Below are positions 1 to 7,558 of a stretch of 11,374 nucleotides of DNA, piece by piece. Positions within the stretch are counted from its first letter, which is position 1. Every line of letters begins with the position of its first letter. The DNA comes from Candidatus Hermodarchaeota archaeon (GTDB lineage: Archaea > Asgardarchaeota > Lokiarchaeia > Sigyniarchaeales > SOKP01): assembly GCA_048885535.1 (NCBI GenBank), contig JBHLLO010000037.1:1-11374 (forward strand), read 5' to 3'. The translations under genes were made by a program, and so were the position numbers. A model generated the notes under the pieces. The model searched no databases. It saw only the letters and a program-made list of their open reading frames with translations, and was not told the origin of the DNA.

Positions 1-2
1 CA

Positions 3-1256
3 TTTAATCCCATTTTGGCATCTGGTGATTATATTAGTGAAGAACCTTCTTGGACGAAAGTCTGGAAAGAAGGAATCAGTTGGATCAGTAGTATTGACAT
101 TGATACTTCTAACAATATTAATGCATTAAGAGGTATTTTTGATTCTAACACACATGAAAGTTATTACTTTATTTCCAAACTTAGTAGTTTAGGAAGTTTA
201 GAATGGGAAGTTCCTTTAGAAAATAATGAGGGAATTCAAACCTATTATCATACTATTAAAATTGATACTAATAATAATATCTTCATAGCTGGTAGTTTTG
301 AAAATCTGGAAGATCAAAAACAATATATGACTCTTTTTAAATTTGACACTAATGGGAATCAAGTTTGGAATAGAAGCTGGGGAGGTTATGAATGGTTTGA
401 AGGCTATGATATGGATATTGATTCATTAGGAAATATCTATATTGTTGGTTCCATAGAAAGCAAGGACCCTAACAACTATCTTGATATGTATCTTGTAAAA
501 TTGAATAATTCTGGGGCGATATTATGGAATCATACTTGGGGTGATGATAACTTTGATGTATACGATGCTATTGCGATTGATTCTTATGACAATATATATG
601 TAGCAGGGATTTATAATGATAGATCAATATTAATGAAGTATAATTCTTCTGAAAATTATGAACTGATATTAATTTTGAGTAGTTCCAGTTATCATCATGG
701 TTTAACAATAGATAATGAAGAAAACATCCTTTTTGCTACTAATGGTATAATAATAAAATTAAATTCTTCTGGAGGTCCATCGTGGAATTATCCATTAAAT
801 CTTTTTTTTGCCCCTAAACTGATTACAGATTCTCAAAATAATATATATCTAGCTGAAAGTCGATATATACCCTGTTATGACAATTTTTACTTCTTAGAGA
901 CTGCTTGTATATGTTTTTCAATTTATTTAGAAAAAATAAATTCATCGGGAGATTCAATTTGGGAAAAAAGGTGTACTGGGTGCGGTGATGCTAGTAGCTC
1001 TGACATAGCAATAGATGCTATAGGAAATGTATATATTTCAGGTCAATTAGGAACTGAATTCGGATGTATTACCCCTATAAATGATGCAATTTTAATGAAA
1101 AACCCTCAAGCTTTCGAAGGTTTATGTATTGAAATTTATTATGATTTACTATTTCTAATTATTACTCCTTTAGCTTTAAGTGGTTTAATTGTTGTAATTA
1201 TACTAATCAAAAAACGTGATAAAAGTAAAAGAATAGCTGGAATTAAGAATAGCTAA
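3..1256 (+). CDS. Cell-surface beta-propeller (SBBP-like repeat) protein with C-terminal TM anchor; 5'-truncated by the window edge
   Basis: The frame is open upstream of the TTG at 15 to the window edge (FNPIL-ASGD, resembling the end of a signal peptide). Repeated blade motifs IKIDTNNNIFIAG, DIDSLGNIYIVG, AIDSYDNIYVAG and AIDAIGNVYISG alternate with K(F/L)(D/N)xxG-x3-W units. A C-terminal hydrophobic helix (LLFLIITPLALSGLIVVIILI) is followed by KKRDKSKR. Six N-x-S/T sequons. Confidence 0.8.
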   Translation, partial: FNPILASGDYISEEPSWTKVWKEGISWISSIDIDTSNNINALRGIFDSNTHESYYFISKLSSLGSLEWEVPLENNEGIQTYYHTIKIDTNNNIFIAGSFENLEDQKQYMTLFKFDTNGNQVWNRSWGGYEWFEGYDMDIDSLGNIYIVGSIESKDPNNYLDMYLVKLNNSGAILWNHTWGDDNFDVYDAIAIDSYDNIYVAGIYNDRSILMKYNSSENYELILILSSSSYHHGLTIDNEENILFATNGIIIKLNSSGGPSWNYPLNLFFAPKLITDSQNNIYLAESRYIPCYDNFYFLETACICFSIYLEKINSSGDSIWEKRCTGCGDASSSDIAIDAIGNVYISGQLGTEFGCITPINDAILMKNPQAFEGLCIEIYYDLLFLIITPLALSGLIVVIILIKKRDKSKRIAGIKNS

Positions 1257-1367
1257 ATTACAACTATTTTTGAAGATTTTTAGATTTAATTCTAAAATTT
1301 ATTAAATGATTTAAAAGATTTATTAGTTTTCGGAAATTCATAGCTATAAAATAATCAGGTAATTTTA

Positions 1368-1964
1368 ATGAAATTCAAAAGTGTAAATACAAAAAAAGTG
1401 AAATTTGGAAATTATCCGTTAATATATCCTATTCCTATTGTGTTAGCAGGGTCGCTTGTTAAAGAAAAACCCAATTTTGAAACTCTCGGAGATGTTGGAA
1501 TTATGGGAATTAATCCTCCTATTGTATATATCTCATCTGGTAAGGATCATTATACAAATCTAGGTATTATAGAACATGGAACTTTTAGTATAAACTTTCC
1601 ATCAACAAAAACCCTCCCCAAAGTAGATTATTGTGGAATTGTCTCTGGTTATGATATCGATAAATCAAATCTTTTTGAAGTTTTTTATGGGGAATTGCGT
1701 ACAGCTCCATTAATTAAAGAGTGTCCCGTTAATATCGAATGTCAAGTTATAAAGGAATTTTCAATACAACATAGACAAATTTTTGTTGGAAAGGTTGCGC
1801 AAACCTATGTTGATGAAGAATTCGTAAATATTAGCAATGAAAATAAGAGTATTGCAGATTTAACAGATTTAGATCCAATAATATATGCATTAGATAATAA
1901 ATATTACCAAATCGGTAAATCAATTGGATTTGGATATCAAGAAGGAAAGAAAATTATGGATTAG
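1368..1964 (+). CDS. Flavin reductase-like FMN-binding split-barrel protein (flavoredoxin family)
   Basis: Family motifs IYPIPIVLAG, KPNF, TNLGIIEHGTFSINFPS, VDYCGIVSG..DKSNLF, APLIKECPVNIEC and IFVGKV. Typical length (198 aa). Confidence 0.88.
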   Translation: MKFKSVNTKKVKFGNYPLIYPIPIVLAGSLVKEKPNFETLGDVGIMGINPPIVYISSGKDHYTNLGIIEHGTFSINFPSTKTLPKVDYCGIVSGYDIDKSNLFEVFYGELRTAPLIKECPVNIECQVIKEFSIQHRQIFVGKVAQTYVDEEFVNISNENKSIADLTDLDPIIYALDNKYYQIGKSIGFGYQEGKKIMD

Positions 1965-3027
1965 TGAAAGGAATTTTTTTAGATTTTATTAGAGTTTTAG
2001 CCATTTCGTAAAAAGCATTTTCGACATTTTGGCCAGTTAAAGCTGAGATCTCAATATATTTAAGACTTAGACCATCAGCTAAATTTTGAGCAGTCGAGTT
2101 TTTTACTCTTCTCTCTTCTATTAGATCAACCTTATTTCCAAAGATATAGCCTATTATAGACGCCTTTTCACCCAGATGAGTTCTTATATCCCTATACCAT
2201 GCTGATATGCTTTCAAAACTTTTAGGATTGGTTAAGTCATAGATTAAAATAACACCATTAGCACCTTGATAGAAATGCTTACGCATTGTACCAAATTTAG
2301 CTTGACCTGCTATATCCCATAATATAAGCTCAACAAAATCCCTATCTACTCTAAAGTTCTTATCACTAATGTTTGTGCCCATTGTAGGTATATAAACTCT
2401 ACTAAATGCATTATCAGTAAATCTTAATATTGTTGATGTTTTTCCTACACCAGGGTCTCCGACAACTACTAATTTGAATTTATAATCTGCCCTAAATTCT
2501 TTCTTGCCTTTATCTTCTGGAAATTCCTCTAATTCTGATGGCGTTAATTCTTTTTGTCTTAATTCTTCAAGCAGATTAAGAATGTTAGATCTTAAATGGC
2601 TTACTTCTTCATAAATTTTCCTATCTGCTTCGATAGCATCTGCTTCAGATTTTTCTATATCAATAATTTTCCTTGAAGTGCTTGAAAATAAGGTTTCTAG
2701 ATAGGTAACATATTTATAAAATATTATATCATCAGATTCTCTAAATAAGAAAGTAATCGCTGATCTTGCTGACTTTCCTCTTTTTCTATCATCTTTTCTT
2801 TCAATATATTTTACTATTCCTTTTAATTTAATAGAAGGGAATGGAAAAATGATTAAAGATTCAGGTACATACCCATAACTACCTGAGAGCAATGTTACAG
2901 TTTTGATACTAACTAACATACGTACATTTTCCGATACATCAGAAGGATCCCAATAAACTGGATTTGGTCCAAGTTCATCATGTAGATCTGTGTAAATAAT
3001 TGCATTTATACACTCTAGATTTGACAT
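1954..3027 (-). CDS. Longin/uDENN-like domain fused to Rab-like small GTPase (paralog 1)
   Basis: G-domain at aa ~182-350: G1 GDPGVGKT (190-197), G2 PT215, G3 WDIAGQ, G4 NKVD, G5 SAL. Rab-like segments DYKFKLVVVG, FYQGA and LIYDLT. N-terminal ~115 aa contain LHDELGPNP and DDRKRG motifs. The GTPase call is firm; the longin call is from motif recognition. Confidence 0.9.
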   Translation of the reverse strand: MSNLECINAIIYTDLHDELGPNPVYWDPSDVSENVRMLVSIKTVTLLSGSYGYVPESLIIFPFPSIKLKGIVKYIERKDDRKRGKSARSAITFLFRESDDIIFYKYVTYLETLFSSTSRKIIDIEKSEADAIEADRKIYEEVSHLRSNILNLLEELRQKELTPSELEEFPEDKGKKEFRADYKFKLVVVGDPGVGKTSTILRFTDNAFSRVYIPTMGTNISDKNFRVDRDFVELILWDIAGQAKFGTMRKHFYQGANGVILIYDLTNPKSFESISAWYRDIRTHLGEKASIIGYIFGNKVDLIEERRVKNSTAQNLADGLSLKYIEISALTGQNVENAFYEMAKTLIKSKKIPFTNP

Positions 3028-3415
3028 TATGTTCTAATTCAATCCGATAGTAATTGAAATGAATTAATAAATACATAAAATGTTATGATTATTTATATAT
3101 GGGTAAATCAAAATGAAAAAGAAAATTATGATGGATTTCAATTAATAGAGAATATACATTTAATCGTCTGCTTAAGATATAGTTCTTTTTTAATCAAAAA
3201 TACATTAAATAATATTGATGTTGCTTTTATTCTTATCAATTCGAAAGCATTATAGTATAGGAAATAATAAATTATAACCTTAATACTTAATTTCTTTATA
3301 TGTCTCGTTAATATAAGTAAATATTAACCTTATTATAACAAAAATGTGAAGACCTATTAACTCAAAGCCGATAATTCCAGAAAAAAAATTCGAAAAACAC
3401 CTTCTTATTATTTTT

Positions 3416-4570
3416 ATGATTCAATTTACGGAAGTTTTAGGCTTTAGCAGTGTGATGCCTATAATCCCCTTTCTTGGATTATCTTTGGGTTTGAATGCAT
3501 TTGAAATTGGATTAATTCTTAGTATCTTTAGTATATGTCAACTTTTCGCCAGTCCAATTACTGGTAAACTTAGTGATAAATACGGAAGAAAACCTTTACT
3601 GTTATTCAGTCAAACAAGCACTCTTATAGGATTTATTCTTCTTGGGTTAGCCTATAATGTTTGGATATTAATTGCTGCACGTTTAGTAGATGGCCTTCTA
3701 GGAAGTAACATGACAGTTAGTCAAGCATATATTAGTGATGTGACAACTCCTAAATATCGCACTAAAATTTTTGGTTATTCAAGCGCTATTTTTGGTGCAG
3801 GGTTAATTTTTGGGCCAGTTATTGGAGGAGTACTTTTATCAATAAGTTTCTCAGCTCCTTTTTTCTTTGCTGCTGGAATTAGTCTTCTATCAATTATTCT
3901 AGTAATAATATTTTTACCCGAATCGTTAAAAAAAAAGGAGGATAAAATAGAATTTAAGTTTAGAGATATAATTCCTATTAAAGAAGCCCAACACTTCTTT
4001 AAATCGACTATAATTAGGGGGATAATCCTAGTCTTTTTCATCTATAATTTTGGTTTTTTTCTATTTATTAGCACTTTTGCTTTATTTGCTGAAAAACAAA
4101 TTAATGCTACTCCTCAACAAGTAAGTTTTTATATGGCTTGGATTGGTGTCCTCAGAGTTATTTTTCAAAGTATTCTAATTAATCCTTTATTGAAAAAGGT
4201 AAGGGAAAATAAAATATTAGCCATAGGCATATTTACTATGATATTTGCTATGATTTTCCTTATATTTTCAAATAGTTACTGGATAGTTTATCTTCCATTT
4301 TTCCTTTTAGCATTTGGAACAGGCGTAGCACGCCCCATTCTTACAAGTAAATTGACTAACACGGTTGGAAAAGAAGAGACTGGCAGTTTACTTGGAGTAA
4401 ATAACGCTTTAACTAGTATTGGTCAAATAGTAACCCCAATTCTAGGAGGAATAATGTTACAATTTCTCCCTACTCAAATACTACCACTTATTTCAGCAAT
4501 TATTTTTATTCTTATCATAATCTTATGGAAATGGATGATTATTACACCTCATGAAGATCAAGATAAATAG
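3416..4570 (+). CDS. MFS drug/metabolite:H+ antiporter, DHA1/TetA-like (true start probably upstream of 3416)
   Basis: Motif A GKLSDKYGRKP, TM4 ARLVDG, AYISDVT, antiporter motif C GAGLIFGPVIGG, FLPES after TM6, C-terminal GQIVTPILGG, about 12 hydrophobic segments. Confidence 0.92.
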   Translation: MIQFTEVLGFSSVMPIIPFLGLSLGLNAFEIGLILSIFSICQLFASPITGKLSDKYGRKPLLLFSQTSTLIGFILLGLAYNVWILIAARLVDGLLGSNMTVSQAYISDVTTPKYRTKIFGYSSAIFGAGLIFGPVIGGVLLSISFSAPFFFAAGISLLSIILVIIFLPESLKKKEDKIEFKFRDIIPIKEAQHFFKSTIIRGIILVFFIYNFGFFLFISTFALFAEKQINATPQQVSFYMAWIGVLRVIFQSILINPLLKKVRENKILAIGIFTMIFAMIFLIFSNSYWIVYLPFFLLAFGTGVARPILTSKLTNTVGKEETGSLLGVNNALTSIGQIVTPILGGIMLQFLPTQILPLISAIIFILIIILWKWMIITPHEDQDK

Positions 4571-4596
4571 CTAATAAAGAAAGGTGATTAAGATCA

Positions 4597-4647
4597 AATA
4601 CTATAGTTTTAACTATAATATTAAATCGTGAAACTCAGCTTTCACGA
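4597..4647. terminator. Two adjacent inverted repeats between convergent genes (possible terminator or RNA-stability hairpins)
   Basis: AATA-C-TATAGTT-TT-AACTATA-A-TATT (4597-4622) and a perfect 8-bp stem TCGTGAAA-CTCAGC-TTTCACGA (4626-4647). Both lie between the stops at 4570 (+) and 4675 (-). Function is inferred. Confidence 0.4.
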
Positions 4648-4674
4648 AGATTCCAAATAAATTTGCAGAAAGAT

Positions 4675-5928
4675 TCAATGGGAAAGACTTTCTTGAAATA
4701 AATTCTCCGCTTCTTCGAAAAAAAGGGCATTTATTTGTGGCAAAAAGTTGTTTATTAATTCACTGTCGTATACAAGAGCAGAGCCTCGATTAAACATAAG
4801 GATTACCCCAAATGAACCTTCATTAGTTTCTTTGAAATAAATATTAGTACTAAAACCAGGCGTAGCTCCTCCATGACCTTTAACATTATCAGAGAAAAGA
4901 AACCATCCAAGTCCGTAACCATTAATAGTAAAACCTTCTGTTGAAGTTCCGCTGAGTGGAATGTGATTATAATGCATTAAATCGACTGACTGAGAACTTA
5001 ATATCTGGTTCTCATTATATTTTCCTTGATTCATAAATGTAATTAAATAATTTGCCATATCTCCAATCGTGCTTCTTAAATTACCTGCTCCTGTAACATT
5101 GAGGTTGTAAATAGGATACTCAATGTTAGTAGCATTATGCCGTTCATAAGGTATAGCATTATTTTCACCAAAATCTGTGTAATATTCTCCAGTATTCGTC
5201 ATGTTTAATGGTTCACAGATATGTTCTTGAATATAATCTATGTAGGATTGATTTGTGATCTCTTCAATTAAATACCCAAGTAATTGAAAACCTGCATTTG
5301 AATACAGAAATTCCGATCCAGGTCTACTTTGCCAATTGTATGAATCATAATATTCTCCTTCAGGATTTAAACTCTCATTTAAAAACTCCCCTAATGAAGG
5401 GCGATCTTCAAATTTAATAATATCCCCACCTCCTAAATCTATATTGTTGTTAATCCAATCTATTGTTTGATTATCGAAGTAAAATTCAAGAGACCAATAC
5501 AAATTTGTTGGTAGCCCTGCTGTATGTGTTAAAAGCATATAAGGTGTTATGGCTCTACTGGGGTAATTTGGATTTCTTACATCAAACGGTAAATAATTGT
5601 TAATATCCTCATTAAAGTCAAGTAAACCACTTTCATTAAGTTGAAGTATAGCAGTGGAAGTAAAAGTTTTGGTTATTGACCCTATCATATATACTGTGTC
5701 TAAAGAAGGTTGTTCGCCATATCCTTTGGCCCATATAAGACTATCATTGATAACTATCCCTCCTACCAATGATGGAATGTTATTATTTGCCATAAGACCC
5801 TGAATTCTAGAATCGAATGAATTCTTGTGATATAGACTGGTAATGATTAAAAAGGAAAAAAAAGAAATAATCCCTGCAGAAATTACTAATGAGCTAATAA
5901 CTATTATAATAATGAGTTTCTTTCTCAT
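4675..5928 (-). CDS. Membrane-anchored serine hydrolase, beta-lactamase class C / AmpC-PBP-like fold
   Basis: SxxK (GSITKT), LLTHTAGL, YxN (FLYSNAG), YGLGW and HxG (GHGGATPGF). N-terminal MRKK followed by a long hydrophobic anchor. Eight N-x-S/T sequons. SD-like GAGGA just upstream of the ATG. Confidence 0.92.
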   Translation of the reverse strand: MRKKLIIIIVISSLVISAGIISFFSFLIITSLYHKNSFDSRIQGLMANNNIPSLVGGIVINDSLIWAKGYGEQPSLDTVYMIGSITKTFTSTAILQLNESGLLDFNEDINNYLPFDVRNPNYPSRAITPYMLLTHTAGLPTNLYWSLEFYFDNQTIDWINNNIDLGGGDIIKFEDRPSLGEFLNESLNPEGEYYDSYNWQSRPGSEFLYSNAGFQLLGYLIEEITNQSYIDYIQEHICEPLNMTNTGEYYTDFGENNAIPYERHNATNIEYPIYNLNVTGAGNLRSTIGDMANYLITFMNQGKYNENQILSSQSVDLMHYNHIPLSGTSTEGFTINGYGLGWFLFSDNVKGHGGATPGFSTNIYFKETNEGSFGVILMFNRGSALVYDSELINNFLPQINALFFEEAENLFQESLSH

Positions 5929-6014
5929 ATGATCCTCTTATAATTATTAAAAATTATATCTTGGTAAGGATTTAGAAACTTTTAAAAATTATCTAGAATT
6001 GGACTTAGATCAAG

Positions 6015-7055
6015 TTATTTAAATGATTGATATAACTTTTCAGCTAATTTATTAAATGCGAAGTCAACATTATCGCCACTTAGAGCACTAGCCTCAATAT
6101 ACCCTAATTTACGAGAAACCGCTAAGTCCATAGCTTTACTTGAATTAACTTTTATCTCATTTATTAAATCATTTTTATTTCCAACAATAAAACCAATTAG
6201 ATCTGTAGATTTTTTTAACTGGTTTTTCACATCCAAATACCAATTAGATATATTTTCAAAAGATTTTTCATTAGTTAAGTCAAAAACTAAAAGAATAGCA
6301 TCTGATCCAAGATAAAATTGCTGTCGCATCGTTTCAAATTTTACTTGACCAGCAATATCCCATAAAACTAATTGAATAGTTGAGTCTTCGACCTTAAATA
6401 CTTTATCTGAGACTACAACACCTAACGTTGGGAGATATTGTCTTCGGAATGCATTATTTGTATACCTTAAAATAAGAGATGTTTTACCAACCCCAGGATC
6501 TCCAACAATCGCGATTTTAAACTTATAATCAATTAAACCTGCATCTTTCAACTTTTGTTCGGGGAACTCTTCTTCCTGAGCCAGTGAAAGTTCCTTAGTT
6601 TTGAGTCCTTCTAGCATATTTGTCAGATTTGTCATAAAATTTTGTATTAACTCTGAATAATTCTCTTTAGGAGCATTACTTGTTTCGAAAGTTATTATTT
6701 GTTGAGTAATATCATTGAAAGGAGAGTTTAGCTTATCCATATATTTATAGAATATAACATCATCCATTTCTTTAAACAATAAAGTTATAGCTGATTGTCC
6801 TATTCCACCTCGCCTATTTTCATCATCCCATTTAATATATTTAATTAAACCTTTAAGCTTTAAAGATGGAAATGGAAGAATCACTAAGGATTCGGGAATT
6901 AAACCCTGTTCACCGGAAAGCACGGTAATTACTTTAATTACAATATGCATTATTTCATTAGGGGGATAATCAGATGGTATCCAAACTAGAGGATTTGGTC
7001 CTAATTCATCATCAAGCTGGGCATACAATACGGTTGTAATAATTGGTTCTGTCAT
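6015..7055 (-). CDS. Longin/uDENN-like domain fused to Rab-like small GTPase (paralog 2)
   Basis: G1 GDPGVGKT (185-192), G2 PT210, G3 WDIAGQ, G4 NKND, G5 SAL. N-terminal domain with LDDELGPNPLVWIP and DENRRG. Aligns without gaps to paralog 1 over the first ~110 aa (56/100 identical by hand count). Confidence 0.9.
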   Translation of the reverse strand: MTEPIITTVLYAQLDDELGPNPLVWIPSDYPPNEIMHIVIKVITVLSGEQGLIPESLVILPFPSLKLKGLIKYIKWDDENRRGGIGQSAITLLFKEMDDVIFYKYMDKLNSPFNDITQQIITFETSNAPKENYSELIQNFMTNLTNMLEGLKTKELSLAQEEEFPEQKLKDAGLIDYKFKIAIVGDPGVGKTSLILRYTNNAFRRQYLPTLGVVVSDKVFKVEDSTIQLVLWDIAGQVKFETMRQQFYLGSDAILLVFDLTNEKSFENISNWYLDVKNQLKKSTDLIGFIVGNKNDLINEIKVNSSKAMDLAVSRKLGYIEASALSGDNVDFAFNKLAEKLYQSFK

Positions 7056-7246
7056 CCTTACTTAGTGTCTAAGTTCTGTATTATATTAAAAACTTAATAA
7101 ATATAATTTTTAGAAATATAAATTTTAACCTTTAAAATATTAAACTCTGTCAGTCCTAAAAAAGGTTTAGAATCACAAAAATTAAATTTTATTATAATTT
7201 TAAAAATATAGGCTATTTTTATTATTTCATAATTAATATCATTGGA

Positions 7247-7543
7247 ATGGTGAAATTCTCCTTGTCCAAAAAAAAGGTGAATGAGGAAGTTCAGAAGGCT
7301 TTTAATAATGTCATAAAATTGCTCGAAGGTATGTTAAATGATAGAGCTGTCCCCAGAAATATAAAAAGGATTGCTCAGAGAGGAATTAATGAATTACAGA
7401 GAGAGGATGAATCCCCTGCGGTAATTGCGAGCAATCTTATGTATTGGTTTGATGATTTAACGCTTGATCCTAATCTTCCGTTTCACAGTCGAACTACTAT
7501 TTATCGGATTCTATCAATTTTAGAAAAGATAAAAGATGTTTAA
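7247..7543 (+). CDS. UPF0147 family archaeal protein
   Basis: Family signatures DRAVPRNIKRIA and DPNLPFHSRTTIY; 98 aa, helical. Confidence 0.85.
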   Translation: MVKFSLSKKKVNEEVQKAFNNVIKLLEGMLNDRAVPRNIKRIAQRGINELQREDESPAVIASNLMYWFDDLTLDPNLPFHSRTTIYRILSILEKIKDV

Positions 7544-7558
7544 GAATAATTAAAGTAA

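Noticed and set aside
1278-1297. Near-palindrome TTTTAGA-TTTAAT-TCTAAAA upstream of flavoredoxin (also ACTTAG-TGT-CTAAGT at 7060-7074)
   Set aside because: Short and mostly A/T; not distinguishable from background without comparative data.
1946-3130. 13-bp direct repeat AAAGAAAATTATG at 1946-1958 and 3118-3130 flanking GTPase paralog 1 (possible target-site duplication)
   Set aside because: A low-complexity A/T-rich match of this length is plausible by chance in such DNA, and there are no mobility genes or inverted ends.
3113-3145. Mini-ORF MKKKIMMDFN in the divergent intergenic region
   Set aside because: Only 10 codons, no SD or other support; expected by chance.
3775-4041. 88-aa minus-strand ORF
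   Set aside because: Antisense shadow entirely inside the well-supported MFS gene; no motifs.
3347-4647. TGA at 3347 as selenocysteine with the 3' hairpins as a SECIS
   Set aside because: Codon 2 of an MFS transporter is not a Cys/Sec-type site, and the hairpins do not form a convincing SECIS kink-turn core.
3416-5928. TetA-like MFS plus beta-lactamase-fold gene as an antibiotic-resistance cassette
   Set aside because: Both families are broad, and substrate cannot be read from motifs. The genes are convergent, with no TetR, integrase, transposase or terminal repeats.
1954-7055. Calling the GTPases true Rab orthologs, Roco proteins or eukaryotic contamination
   Set aside because: RabF motifs match only partly, and there is no prenylation site and no LRR/COR domain. 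The genes are intronless, densely packed and next to archaeal UPF0147.
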